A stretch of DNA of 64,000 nucleotides from Opitutia bacterium. Its GTDB lineage: Bacteria > Verrucomicrobiota > Verrucomicrobiia > Opitutales > T3Sed10-336. Where the stretch lies: assembly GCA_050506795.1 (NCBI GenBank), contig JBJHCF010000015.1:1-64000 (forward strand), given 5' to 3'. The position numbers and the translations under genes were made by a program. Under the pieces are notes generated by a model. That model saw nothing but the letters and a program-made list of their open reading frames with translations. It had not been told where the DNA came from and searched no databases. Position 1 is the stretch's first letter, and each line of letters opens with the position of its first letter. This document shows positions 20,235 to 33,275 of this stretch, piece by piece.

Positions 20235-20270
20235 AAAGCCCCGCGAGAAATCGCGGGGCTTTTTGTTTTT
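20235..20270 (+). terminator. Intrinsic terminator
   Basis: AAAGCCCCGCGA-GAAA-TCGCGGGGCTTT followed by T-runs, 30 nt after the PEP-CTERM stop. Confidence 0.85.
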
Positions 20271-20392
20271 CGTTCTGTTTCCTGACCACGAATTACGTGA
20301 ACTGCACGAAATTTTGGCGGGCAGGCTGCCAGCCGGAGGTAATGTGATTCAGCAAATTAATCTGTCTATGGAATCGGGATCGATCGACGGGG

Positions 20393-23494
<3,102 letters not shown>

Positions 23495-25654
23495 TTATTC
23501 ACTATTGTAGCGACGTTCGTAAAGATCGTAGGCGAGTCGGCGATTGGTGGAGATGAGATCGAAATGGGGGGTATCGGTGATATTCACCAGGCCCCGCGGA
23601 ATGGCTTCGCCGTCGGGTCGGCCGGAGATCGGTTGGTCTCGGAACTGAAAGAAGTGAGCGCCCACGAGCAGGGGGTGACGAAAACCGGCCTCCAGGTAAC
23701 GGGCGAACGAATCGGCCCGTTCGCGGGGATTGGGTGAAATCGGGTCGTCGCCCCGGAAGGGAGTCTGCAAGGGATTTGAACGAATGCCCCATTCTCCCGA
23801 GATGATAGGCAAGTCGAGATGCAGGTACTGGTTAAGCCGTCCCTGGGGCGGGTTATCGTAGATGTTGTAGCTGACCACATCCGCGTATCGGCCGCAGAGC
23901 TCCACGACGGCCGGATCGATGTGGCCGTGGAAACGGACGCCCAGGTACATGTTGTCGGGAGCCACCCGTTTGACCTCTTCGCGAACGGTGGAGAAATAGT
24001 ACTCGGCGAATTGCATGCCGAAATCTCCGCAGTCTTCGATCACTTGGGGGACCTCCGTGTTCGGCGTCCGACGTGATTCGAGCAGGGCATTCCAGGAGGC
24101 ATATTCCGCTTCCCACGCTTCGTTCAAGGCTTCGATGGAATCGTATTTCTCCCGCAGCAGGTTGAGGAACTCCTGCTTGCTGTACGTCTCGGCGGGAGCT
24201 TCAATCGCGGTGAGACCCACTGACGCCGCGCGTGGTCGCCAGCCCCACCAGAGCTCGTTGTCCACGAAGTATCCGAGATTCCAGGGGTCGCCGGCGGTGG
24301 TTTCGCGCTCGCGCTCCATGGCCCGGCGCAGGTTGCGCCGCCAGTCGGGATGATAGATGTCGCGCATGCGGTAATGCATGGAAGGCCCTCCGGCGTGAAT
24401 GGCGACGGTGTAGGGGGTTCGGCGGAGGAGGTAGACATCCGGCGAGGACCAGTTGGCCATGGTGTTGAAACCCCAGCTTCGCATCCGGTCATGCAGCAGG
24501 CCGGCGGCTTTTCTCTCAGCATCTTCTCCGAACTTGCGGTGAATATTATAGGTTCCGAAGTCGAAGCCGGTCCATTCGCGATTCTCGTAATACATGTAGG
24601 TGGCGCCGCGCCCCTCGCCGTAGAACTGTCCCGCCGGTCCATCCCGGTCGGGCAGGTGCGCGAACCAGTATTCGCGGTCGTTGATGGGGGTGAAATCCCC
24701 GCCGTAACCGACTCCGGTCGGGCCGTGCGACCAAAAAAGGCGGCCTTCCGGATCGACCAGCCACCATTTGCCGTTCACCTTCTCGGTGCGGAAAAAGCCG
24801 GTGGCTTCCAATTGAGGGCCTTCGTTCCAACCGCCGTATTGGTTCCAGGAGCCGGGGCCGGGCCAGTCCGCCATCTCCTGTCGCTCTTCTTCAATTTGTG
24901 CGGCAAAGCCGTCGTCTCCATGGATCTTGCCCGGCCAGTCCGAATGACGATACTGGCCGTACTGATCCACGAAGGGGAAAAACTCCGGCGTCCCCGTGCC
25001 TTCGCCCGAGGGCCAGACCTCGAGCAGATGAACGGCGTCGTCCTGTTCGGGCGCCTCGATCCAAAGCGAGACCGATTCAATTCGGGACGGGTCGATGGTA
25101 TTGTCGCGAACATTGATGTTCCGGTAATACATCATAAACTGACGGAAAGGCTCGTATCCGGGATCCTCCGGGCGGCGATTTAGCCGAAGTTTAAGGGTTT
25201 TGGTTTCCTCCGGCATCAGCAGGATGGCGTTGCGGGTATTGTCCATGAGCTGTTCGGGGTCCGGGTTTGCCGCCCGCGCGTACACGACGATCGGGCGGGC
25301 TCCCGGGTTGTGCAGTTGGAAATTCAACGCTCCGTGCTCGGAAAAGTTCCAGAGGTTGGGGGTCGCGAAGGCGTCGGCTCGGGCTTCCCGCCCGGAACGG
25401 GTGGCTTCGAGACGCAGGTGGTCTTCCGTGGCGGAGAGGCGGGCGCCCTCACCGGCGGCGATGTGCCCATGCCGCAGAACTTCGGCGAAGTCGATGTCGA
25501 TCCGCTGTTCCGACCGGTCTGAGGGGGCGTTGTCGGCGGTCAGCGCCGGGCAGGCGATGGCGGCCGCGGCAACGGCCAGAAGGGCGATCGTTTTGCCGTA
25601 GGCCCGGCCGGAGTTCGAGGATTGTGTGTTTGGCTTGCAGGTGAAAACTGCCAT
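23495..25654 (-). CDS. Secreted GH50 family glycoside hydrolase (beta-agarase-like)
   Basis: Signal peptide; FVDQYGQY...WPGK, GFFRTEKVNGKWWLVDPEG, WGFNTMANWS, GYFVDNEL, IISGEW, VGAHFFQFRDQP. Confidence 0.85.
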   Translation of the reverse strand: MAVFTCKPNTQSSNSGRAYGKTIALLAVAAAAIACPALTADNAPSDRSEQRIDIDFAEVLRHGHIAAGEGARLSATEDHLRLEATRSGREARADAFATPNLWNFSEHGALNFQLHNPGARPIVVYARAANPDPEQLMDNTRNAILLMPEETKTLKLRLNRRPEDPGYEPFRQFMMYYRNINVRDNTIDPSRIESVSLWIEAPEQDDAVHLLEVWPSGEGTGTPEFFPFVDQYGQYRHSDWPGKIHGDDGFAAQIEEERQEMADWPGPGSWNQYGGWNEGPQLEATGFFRTEKVNGKWWLVDPEGRLFWSHGPTGVGYGGDFTPINDREYWFAHLPDRDGPAGQFYGEGRGATYMYYENREWTGFDFGTYNIHRKFGEDAERKAAGLLHDRMRSWGFNTMANWSSPDVYLLRRTPYTVAIHAGGPSMHYRMRDIYHPDWRRNLRRAMERERETTAGDPWNLGYFVDNELWWGWRPRAASVGLTAIEAPAETYSKQEFLNLLREKYDSIEALNEAWEAEYASWNALLESRRTPNTEVPQVIEDCGDFGMQFAEYYFSTVREEVKRVAPDNMYLGVRFHGHIDPAVVELCGRYADVVSYNIYDNPPQGRLNQYLHLDLPIISGEWGIRSNPLQTPFRGDDPISPNPRERADSFARYLEAGFRHPLLVGAHFFQFRDQPISGRPDGEAIPRGLVNITDTPHFDLISTNRRLAYDLYERRYNSE

Positions 25655-25668
25655 AGGGATCCAGGTGT

Positions 25669-26790
25669 TATTAAGCCTTTCAGAATAAGAGGGACATTCT
25701 CATGCTGCGTAAACGGTAGATGGAACACGGAAGAAACTCATTACTAGCTCGGGTGATTTTTGGAGCTTTCTCAGGTGATTGATGGCCATTCGTTTCATCT
25801 TGTCTTTTGTTTCATGACGTACACGCCCGAGCGTATTCTTGAGGTTGTTCCATACCTGCTCGTCAGGATTCAGTTCGGGACTGTAACCGGGAAGAATGAA
25901 CAGCTCCAATCGTCCTTCAAGTGAAGCAACATATTGTTTTACCATCTTCGCCTTGTGACTGGGGTGGCCGTCAACGACAAGAAATACGGGATGATCCACG
26001 CCATGAATCAAGCGCTTGAGAAACTCGATGAATTTCGCCGCTCCGACTTTTCCTTCAACCACCATGAATCGAAGGCTGCCCTGCGAGCTCACGGCCGATA
26101 TCATGTTGAATCCGAAACGCGCCCCGGTACTGGAAACAACAGGCGTCTTTCCTCGCGGCGCCCACGTAGTTCCAGAGTGATGGTCGGAACGTACGCCCGC
26201 CTCGTCGCCGAAGAAAATCTCGGCTCCGCGCCGCTTGGCAAGGCGCTTGATCTTCGGAAACTCGGTGTGAATCCAATGCTCAACCGCTTCGGGGTTTTGC
26301 TGATAAGCACGCCAAAGAGGTCTTTGGGGAGTCAGTCCAAGCTGGGCCAACAATCGCGTGACCGAAGAATAACTGAGTTTCACCCCAAATCGATCTTTGA
26401 TCAGTACAATGATCATAGGAACCGTCCACAATGCGAACTCAAACTTCATTTGGAGGGGATTCTTCATTGTGAGGGTGTTGTAAAGCCAACGAAGGTCCCG
26501 ACCTTTAAGCTTCGGTGGCCGTCCCCCTCTCTTGCGCGCATCCAATGCGTCCCACCCTCCACGTCGATACAAAGCGAGCCAGTCGTAAACGGTCGTTCGA
26601 TTTACCCCGAAGGCAGTGGCAACCTCCGCAGGAGATTGACCACCCTGGACGGCCTTTACAGCACGAACGCGCAGCTGGGTTAATTCATTATGACTCAAGC
26701 AACGAGCATCGGTATCACGCACTTTCTTCATAGTCTTATAAGATTCGGCGTAATCTTGTAGATGTCCCTACTATTTTGCAAGTCTTAATA
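25669..26790 (-). mobile_element. IS630 family insertion sequence with TA target duplication
   Basis: Left end TATTAAGCCTTTCAGAATAAGAGGGACAT (25669-25697) versus reverse complement of right end TATTAAGACTTGCAAAATAGTAGGGACAT (26762-26790): 24/29 match including the flanking TA at each side. Visibly lower GC than the flanks. Confidence 0.92.
25700..26731 (-). CDS. IS630 family transposase (single intact ORF)
   Basis: N-terminal HTH, GGRPPKL, DDE triad in DEAG, VVDGHPSH and YSPELNPDE. Confidence 0.95.
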   Translation of the reverse strand: MKKVRDTDARCLSHNELTQLRVRAVKAVQGGQSPAEVATAFGVNRTTVYDWLALYRRGGWDALDARKRGGRPPKLKGRDLRWLYNTLTMKNPLQMKFEFALWTVPMIIVLIKDRFGVKLSYSSVTRLLAQLGLTPQRPLWRAYQQNPEAVEHWIHTEFPKIKRLAKRRGAEIFFGDEAGVRSDHHSGTTWAPRGKTPVVSSTGARFGFNMISAVSSQGSLRFMVVEGKVGAAKFIEFLKRLIHGVDHPVFLVVDGHPSHKAKMVKQYVASLEGRLELFILPGYSPELNPDEQVWNNLKNTLGRVRHETKDKMKRMAINHLRKLQKSPELVMSFFRVPSTVYAA

Positions 26791-26857
26791 TCTGCTTTCG
26801 ATAGGCTCGATGGAGGAATCGGTAAGGGGTGACGGGTTGGCGGGCGGTGGTGATTTT

Positions 26858-26894
26858 AAAAAAGGCCGGCCGCCTTCCGGAGCGGCCGGCCTTT
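26858..26894 (-). terminator. Intrinsic terminator after GH43 gene
   Basis: 13-bp stem AAAGGCCGGCCGC / GCGGCCGGCCTTT with a U6 tract on the minus strand, 6 nt after the stop. Confidence 0.85.
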
Positions 26895-26899
26895 GCCGG

Positions 26900-27973
26900 T
26901 CATTCGAAATAGCTCAGATCCCAGGCGTCGTGCCACCGGAATGTCGGGTGCTCTTCATTTGCGCCGTCGGGCAGATCAATCGGCAGCCAGACGTGCGGGC
27001 TGGTATTCAGGCGTCCGGGTCGCCAGCGGTTGCCGACGTAGATAAACGCGTCCTCTTTCCCGGCGACTGGAATGACGTAGGTGGACTGTGAGTAAAAGGT
27101 GGTGCCGGCGCCTTCACCCCGGCCGGGGTTGCCAAGATGTTCCCAGGGGCCCCAAATCGAATCGGCCACGTGCAGTTGGGGCGCATTGGGATTCCAACCG
27201 GTGCAGGCGCTGGTGAGCAGGTAGAGCCGGCCGTTGTAGGGGAACAGGGCCGGAGCTTCCCGGTGCCGGCGAAAGAGCAATTCATCGCGTTCGGTCACCC
27301 CGAGATAATCTTCGGTCAGTTGAGCCACCCGCAGGTCGAAATTCACATCCGAAGCGTAAACGAGGTACGCGGTGCCGTCGGGTTTCCGGTACACGGTCAT
27401 ATCGCGCGAGTCGTGACCATTGGGCCGGAAACTGTGATGGTACTGGTAGGGGCCTTCAATGGTGTCGCTCGAAGCCACACCCACCAGTGCCGAGCCGTAT
27501 CCCTCGCCCTTTAATTCCAGGTGGAACCAGAGCACGTACCGCCCGGTTTCCTCATTGTACACCAGTTTGGGGCGTTCCATGATGCAACCTTCCTCCAGGT
27601 CGTGCCCTTCCTCATCAACCGTGGGCAGGATGTTGGCGACGTGTTCCCAGTTGTAGAGATCGTTTGATCTGTAGAGATTGATTCCGATCGACGCCCAGCC
27701 TTCACGCGCTTCCCCGACCCAGTAGTAGGTGCCGTCTTCGTGGTAGAAGCCGCCGCCGTGGGCGTTGATATGGTTTCCCTCGGTATCCGGCCAGAAACCG
27801 CCGGGTTCAATCTGTTCGAGCTGGCCGGCTTTTGCTTTGAGGCGTTCGACGTCCTCGTCGGCGGCGGGCCCGGTGAGGGCGCCCTCATCAGCGAAGGTGT
27901 ATGTCGTCGCTGCCGCTAAGAACAACAGTGAAAGAGTCAGTCGGGCGGGAGTGGGTTTTGGCATGTGTTTCAT
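26900..27973 (-). CDS. Secreted GH43 (subfamily 24-like, exo-beta-1,3-galactanase-like)
   Basis: Signal peptide; INAHGGG...YYWVGE, ERPK, SRDMT, REAPA, SACTGWNPN, SQSTY motifs. Confidence 0.85.
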   Translation of the reverse strand: MKHMPKPTPARLTLSLLFLAAATTYTFADEGALTGPAADEDVERLKAKAGQLEQIEPGGFWPDTEGNHINAHGGGFYHEDGTYYWVGEAREGWASIGINLYRSNDLYNWEHVANILPTVDEEGHDLEEGCIMERPKLVYNEETGRYVLWFHLELKGEGYGSALVGVASSDTIEGPYQYHHSFRPNGHDSRDMTVYRKPDGTAYLVYASDVNFDLRVAQLTEDYLGVTERDELLFRRHREAPALFPYNGRLYLLTSACTGWNPNAPQLHVADSIWGPWEHLGNPGRGEGAGTTFYSQSTYVIPVAGKEDAFIYVGNRWRPGRLNTSPHVWLPIDLPDGANEEHPTFRWHDAWDLSYFE

Positions 27974-28119
27974 AACGGTATTCGCAAGTTGAATTTCAAA
28001 GGCATGGACGCACCGGCCGACGCGAAACGGTGGCCCGCAGCTCCGTCAAATCATCCTTGGCATCAGAAAAGCAAATCGGTGAAAATCGTGGCAACGCTAA
28101 TCGAGCCGTTGGGCGGCAT

Positions 28120-29226
28120 TCAGGCCGGTCTCGCTCGGTCGAATTGTTGACTTGCGACCGTGGCGGGTGCGGTGGGGTTCCGGTTTTCTTTTATGAATGC
28201 GATGATTTTGCCCAAGCCGTCCTTGATCGTCGCCGGGAGGTCACTCCGCTCCAAGGCTCGGTCTGAGGCGGTAAAAAGCTCTTCGACCTCCATTCGGGTT
28301 GCCTCCAAAGTCTTCGATTCCCGGAGGGCCCGAAGCAAACCAGAGTTATTTCCGTTTTGGAGTTGGTCCGAAGAGAAACCGTATGCGCTCGGCAGCCGGT
28401 GGGCCAGGCGAACCACCGGAAGGGAAAGCGATGCTTCCCGGAAGTCGCGTTCGTGTGTACCGCCGGCGACGAGTTTGTGTAATTCGTGGAGATCGTTTTC
28501 CAGTTGAAAGGCGGTCCCCAGAGGACGGCCGACTTCGGCCGCCGTTGTGAACCACTCGGGGTGGGCGCCGGAAAGTATGCCGGCCAGTGCCAGGGGAGCT
28601 TCGAAGGTGTATCGTGTGGTTTTTAGGTAGTAAGTGTCCAGGACCGAATCCGGCGCGACATCCCTTGGTTGTTTGCAGGCGTGCATAATGTCCATCAACT
28701 CTCCAATGCCGGTATCGCGGGCGATTTCCAGATGGTAGCGCAAGGCCTTCAATGAGCGATCGGGGTCGACGGTTTTGCGCAGGAACAGGTCGTTGGCCCA
28801 GGCGTAGACAATGTCGCCGAGAACTAAAGCCGTCGCTTCGCCGGCCTGGGGCGAGCCTATCCGGGCCAGGCATTGATGCAGTGAGGGCCGCCCGCGACGC
28901 TGATCGGATTGATCGACGATATCGTCGTGAATAAGAATAAAGGAATGGAAGAGTTCCAGCGCACAGGCGATTTCCATCGGCGCTTCGACCGGCGCCTGCC
29001 TCGAGGCGAGCAGTTGGTGGCCGGCGAGGAAGAGAAGTGGACGGATGCGTTTCCCGGGCTGCCGCAGGAAAGCCGACAGCTCCTCGGCTGCAGGCGAGAG
29101 CGTCGGGCGCAGGGAAAGGGTGTCCCGCAGGGCGTCGATCTCCCTGGCGAGGGAATCGTCGATGACTCTCCGGGCGGCGCGGAAGTCGAATTCCTTAATT
29201 GTTTGGCTGGTGGCGGTTGAATTCAT
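28120..29226 (-). CDS. Polyprenyl diphosphate synthase family (GGPP synthase-like)
   Basis: GKRIRP, FARM LIHDDIVDQSDQRRGRP, GD, KT; second Asp-rich motif is divergent (FQLENDLHE). Confidence 0.85.
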   Translation of the reverse strand: MNSTATSQTIKEFDFRAARRVIDDSLAREIDALRDTLSLRPTLSPAAEELSAFLRQPGKRIRPLLFLAGHQLLASRQAPVEAPMEIACALELFHSFILIHDDIVDQSDQRRGRPSLHQCLARIGSPQAGEATALVLGDIVYAWANDLFLRKTVDPDRSLKALRYHLEIARDTGIGELMDIMHACKQPRDVAPDSVLDTYYLKTTRYTFEAPLALAGILSGAHPEWFTTAAEVGRPLGTAFQLENDLHELHKLVAGGTHERDFREASLSLPVVRLAHRLPSAYGFSSDQLQNGNNSGLLRALRESKTLEATRMEVEELFTASDRALERSDLPATIKDGLGKIIAFIKENRNPTAPATVASQQFDRARPA

Positions 29227-29332
29227 CGGAAGGAATCGCGAAAGATATTGTCATTTTTTCGATCCGGCAACATAAGGAAGGAAAATGCCAGTGAATGCCA
29301 GTGCCACCGCCATAAAAGGTCGCGATCGCGCC

Positions 29333-29896
29333 ATGACATCGTCGAAGTCTTCAACCCCGCAAACGAATCTTTACCTGGTGGGGTTTATGGGCACCGGGAA
29401 ATCGACTTTGGGACGTATGGTGGCGTCGTCGTTGGGATTTGCTTTCCTCGACAGCGATCAGGAAATCGAACGAACCCGGAAGAAGAAGGTGAGTGATATT
29501 TTCGCCGAGGAGGGTGAAGCGGCTTTCCGGCGTTACGAGCGGGAGTTTATCGAGGACGGCCATCCGCGCAGCAGGTGTGTGGTGGCGTGTGGGGGAGGAT
29601 TGGTGACGCAGCCCGGGATGTTGGCTCTATTGAAGGAGCGCGGGGTGGTGGTCTGCCTTTACGCTTCTCCGCGTGAGATTCTCAGCCGGACCCAGGGCAA
29701 TCGCTCGCGTCCGCTGCTGGAGGTGGAGGATCCGGAAGCGAGAATTCGCCAGTTGATGGCTGAGCGGGAACCGGTGTACCGGCGGGCCGGTTCGTTGGTG
29801 CTGACCGAAAATCGCTCGCGTGCGGACGTTTTGGCCCACATCAAGAGAATCTATTTGCGGGAGGCCCGCCGCCGGCCGGGTGGAAAGGAGTCATGA
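29333..29896 (+). CDS. aroK: Shikimate kinase
   Basis: LVGFMGTGKST, DSD, IFAEEGEAAFR, CGGG, RPLL; start could be 29285 or 29333. Confidence 0.93.
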   Translation: MTSSKSSTPQTNLYLVGFMGTGKSTLGRMVASSLGFAFLDSDQEIERTRKKKVSDIFAEEGEAAFRRYEREFIEDGHPRSRCVVACGGGLVTQPGMLALLKERGVVVCLYASPREILSRTQGNRSRPLLEVEDPEARIRQLMAEREPVYRRAGSLVLTENRSRADVLAHIKRIYLREARRRPGGKES

Positions 29897-31074
29897 ATCC
29901 CGCGCGGCAGGAGGCATTCCGTGCCGCCGCGATTAGTGAGGGCTTCGACGAGGTGCGTTTCGCCTCGGCCGATGCCTTATCCGAATTTCATGCCGGACGT
30001 TTCGAAGGGTGGCTCGATCGGGGCATGCACGCCGACATGGCCTGGCTGGAGCGCGGGCGCGAGAAGCGGCTCGATCCGGAGGGTGTGCTTTCCGGAGTGC
30101 GCTCGATTGTGGCATTGGGGATCAATTATTGGCCGGATGAATCCCGGGCGACCGATCAATCCGTCTGGGCGAAATACGCCTTGTATAAGGATTATCATGA
30201 CACGGTGGAATCGGGACTGAAGCGTATGGGGACCACTCTCGAGTCGATGTTTGGAGTCGATCGGTCCGACTATCGGTATTATGTGGATACCGGACCGATC
30301 ATGGAGCGGGGCGTGGCCGCGCGATGCGGTATGGGGTTCCAGGGAAAGAACGGCATGCTGATCTCGCGCCGGCACGGCAATTGGCTTTTCCTTGCCTGCC
30401 TGCTGACGCGTATTCCGTTCGTACCCGATCCTCCCCTGCAGGGCGGGACGGGAGAAATCGACGGGGTGGGTCGGTTCTGCGGCACTTGCCGTCGTTGCAT
30501 CGATGCCTGTCCGACGGATGCCATTCCCGAGCCCGGGCTGGTGGATGCCCGCCGTTGTATTTCCTATCAGACCATTGAGAACAAAGGAGTCATTCCCCGG
30601 GAACTGCGTCCGCTGATCGGCGAAAAGCTTTTCGGGTGCGATATCTGCCTGGATGTTTGCCCGTGGAATCGGTTCGCCCGCAGTGGACGGCGTCTGCTGC
30701 TCGAGTCCCGGTACTACCTGGCGGACCTGACCCTGCTCGACGTCCTCTGCCTGAGTCGGGAACGCTTCGCGGAGCTTTTCCGTCGCAGCCCGGTGAAACG
30801 TCTCAAATGGCGGGGATTGCTGCGCAATGCCTGTGTGGTGGCCGGAAACGCGACCGGCCTGGATGACGAAACCAGGGACGCCCTGCTGGATGCGTTGGAA
30901 CGTCTTGTCCGTTGTGACGAGCCGCTGGTGCGGGCGCACGCCGTTTGGGCGGTCAGGCGGCTCGCCGGCGAGTCCGCCGCCGGGCGGCTGCGTAATGCCC
31001 GTGCAGCCGAAAGCGATCCCGTCGTGCTGCGGGAATTCACGCAGGCCGTCCCCGTCCTGAGGAATGCGGATTGA
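29893..31074 (+). CDS. queG: tRNA epoxyqueuosine reductase
   Basis: DYH, VDTGPIMER, GKN, CGTCRRCIDACPT, RCISYQTIE, GCDICLDVCPWN. Confidence 0.93.
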   Translation: MNPARQEAFRAAAISEGFDEVRFASADALSEFHAGRFEGWLDRGMHADMAWLERGREKRLDPEGVLSGVRSIVALGINYWPDESRATDQSVWAKYALYKDYHDTVESGLKRMGTTLESMFGVDRSDYRYYVDTGPIMERGVAARCGMGFQGKNGMLISRRHGNWLFLACLLTRIPFVPDPPLQGGTGEIDGVGRFCGTCRRCIDACPTDAIPEPGLVDARRCISYQTIENKGVIPRELRPLIGEKLFGCDICLDVCPWNRFARSGRRLLLESRYYLADLTLLDVLCLSRERFAELFRRSPVKRLKWRGLLRNACVVAGNATGLDDETRDALLDALERLVRCDEPLVRAHAVWAVRRLAGESAAGRLRNARAAESDPVVLREFTQAVPVLRNAD

Positions 31075-31132
31075 GCGGGTATTTCGGTTGCCTCCAAATG
31101 CAAATTCTGAAACATTCCGGCGGCATTGCCTT

Positions 31133-31639
31133 ATGAGTGTTCAAGCCCGCCTATTCCTTTCGCTTTCCCTTGTTCTCTGCCTGTTGATAGCGACCGGCTG
31201 CCGCAGTTTTCGCCGGGACGACTTTCCTCGTCAGGTGGCCCGGTTCTATGTGGAAACCAGCGAAATGTATCCGGAGCGCTTTCGGGTTCCCGTTACCCTC
31301 CCGTACAGTGAGGCCACGATTCAGATTGATCCGCGAATCCGCATCGCGGAGTGGGATATCGCCATGGTGGATGTATTTGAAGCGGAGCTCGGTCCGGCCC
31401 TGATGTTCACGCTGACTTCGGACGCCGCACGCGATGTCCGCATTCTGACCTACAACAACCAGGGGCGCCGAATGGTGCTGCTGGTGAACGAAGTTCCGGT
31501 AGGGGCCAAACTGATCAGTCGTGGTATCGAGGATGGAAGGGTCCGGATGTATCTGGAAGTACCGGATGAGGATTTGGAGGATCTGGCCACCAATATTGCG
31601 AAAACCTCCGCCCTGGTCCGGAGGCGGATCGGAAACTGA
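31133..31639 (+). CDS. Lipoprotein with stand-alone SecD/SecF P1-head-like domain
   Basis: Lipobox IATGC; pattern DI..V......PALMFTLTSDAA......TYNNQGRRMVLLVN...GA..I...I..G. Confidence 0.6.
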   Translation: MSVQARLFLSLSLVLCLLIATGCRSFRRDDFPRQVARFYVETSEMYPERFRVPVTLPYSEATIQIDPRIRIAEWDIAMVDVFEAELGPALMFTLTSDAARDVRILTYNNQGRRMVLLVNEVPVGAKLISRGIEDGRVRMYLEVPDEDLEDLATNIAKTSALVRRRIGN

Positions 31640-31653
31640 AAGGAACGGCAAAA

Positions 31654-32679
31654 ATGAGAACCTGGATTCCATCGTTTCTGATCGTTCTGCTATTGTTGAG
31701 CTTCGGGCCCGAATTGCGGGCGCTGGGACTGGTGTGGCCGACGCCCAACCCAGCCTGGCTGGAGGGGCGGGCGCTGGAGGATTTTGTTCAGCCCGCCGCC
31801 TCCGGCAGAACGGAGTCCGCGTTATTCGGCTGTACCCGCACGGACGGCACCCGGTTTCATGAAGCGATCGACTTGAAGCCGATTCAACGGGATCGCCGGG
31901 GTGAGCCGCTGGACGCGATTTTTTCGGTTATGGATGGTCGGGTCCTTTATGCCAACCGCACACCCTGGCACAGTTCCTACGGGAACTACGTGGTTATCGA
32001 ACATACTGAGGTTTCCCCGTCGGTGATTTCCCTTTATGCCCACCTGGCCTCCATCGAGGATGCGGTGGTGGAGGGTCGCCGGGTGGTGTCGGGTCAGAAG
32101 ATCGGGGTTATGGGTCGATCGGCGGGCGGCTATACGATTCCGGTGACCCGGGCCCACCTGCATTTCGAACTCGGACTGTGGTTGAGTGAGACGTTCCAGG
32201 ACTGGTATGATTCCATGAACTACGAAAGTCCCAACCGCCATGGAGTGATGAGCGGACTCAATATGGTCGGCTTTGATCCGCTCGATTTCTACGACCGGTA
32301 CCGTACCGGGGAAGTCCGCGATTTTGCCGATTACCTGCGCCGGGAACCAGTCGCTTTCACCGTTCGGGTCGCCTCGGCACGGGTGCCCGACTTTGTGGCA
32401 CGCTATCCGGTTCTGCTGGAGGGAGACCTTCCCGAATTCGGTGTTTCCGGCTGGGAAATCGATTTTACCTGGTACGGGCTTCCCAAAATGTGGCGACCTT
32501 TGACCGAAACGATTGATTCTTCCGGCGGGAGGTTTCCGGTGGACGTTGTTTCCTTCGATGCGGATCTTCTGGCCGCCAACACCTGCCGCCCCACGGTGGG
32601 GTTGACGGCCGCCGGAACGCCTCGAATCGGTGCTCACACCGAGCGGGTGTTACGCATCCTGTTCGCGCTTTACGATTAG
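31654..32679 (+). CDS. M23 family metallopeptidase
   Basis: Signal peptide; HEAID, YGNYVVIEH, SLYAHL, HLHFE. Confidence 0.9.
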   Translation: MRTWIPSFLIVLLLLSFGPELRALGLVWPTPNPAWLEGRALEDFVQPAASGRTESALFGCTRTDGTRFHEAIDLKPIQRDRRGEPLDAIFSVMDGRVLYANRTPWHSSYGNYVVIEHTEVSPSVISLYAHLASIEDAVVEGRRVVSGQKIGVMGRSAGGYTIPVTRAHLHFELGLWLSETFQDWYDSMNYESPNRHGVMSGLNMVGFDPLDFYDRYRTGEVRDFADYLRREPVAFTVRVASARVPDFVARYPVLLEGDLPEFGVSGWEIDFTWYGLPKMWRPLTETIDSSGGRFPVDVVSFDADLLAANTCRPTVGLTAAGTPRIGAHTERVLRILFALYD

Positions 32680-32698
32680 AGCGCGCCGTTGGCGGAGG

Positions 32699-33115
32699 TC
32701 AGCGGTTATTGTCCCCGGCCATGTCAATCAACTCCTCGATCTTCTGGAGAAGTTCCGCCGGACGAAAGGGTTTGGCTATGAAATCGGTATTGCCCGCCAG
32801 GTCTTCTTCGGTATTGAGCTGGCTGTCGAGGTACCCGGACATATAGAGGACTCCCACGTCGGGGCGCTCCCGGCGGCACTGTTGGGCCAGTTCCTTACCG
32901 TTCATTCGCGGCATGACGATATCGGTGACCACCAGGTCGAGCCGGCTGGCGTTTTCCTTGAAAAAACTGAATGCTTCCTGCCCGTCCGGATAGGAGAATA
33001 CCTCGTAGCCGTCGTTCTTTAGAATCTCCTCGACCATTTCACGCACAATCTCAGCGTCTTCGGCTAAGAGAATGGTTTTATCGCGACTGGCGTGTTTTTT
33101 GGCTGCTGCATTCAT
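32699..33115 (-). CDS. Single-domain response regulator (CheY-like receiver)
   Basis: ILLAED, TDIVMPRMNG, MSGY, FIAKPF. Confidence 0.9.
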   Translation of the reverse strand: MNAAAKKHASRDKTILLAEDAEIVREMVEEILKNDGYEVFSYPDGQEAFSFFKENASRLDLVVTDIVMPRMNGKELAQQCRRERPDVGVLYMSGYLDSQLNTEEDLAGNTDFIAKPFRPAELLQKIEELIDMAGDNNR

Positions 33116-33275
33116 TGGCTCTGTCAGGCAAACCTTGGAGGGAATGAGGAGCGTGACGATGTTAAACTTGGATCAATTAACAAATTAATTACACAATCGC
33201 GGGTCAATTCGATTTGAATTGTTTCTTCAAATCACTTTCGGTGTCCGGTCCTGATGCCGCCCATTGCATCCCGCC

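Noticed and set aside
20285..20311. ACCACGAATTACGTGAACTGCACGAA, resembling half of a 9-mer repeat palindrome
   Set aside because: Degenerate, with no matching inverted arm nearby.
33175..33211. AT-rich dyads (AATTAA-N4-TTAATT; CAATTC-N5-GAATTG) upstream of the CheY-like gene
   Set aside because: Plausible promoter region, but no second copy or recognisable consensus.
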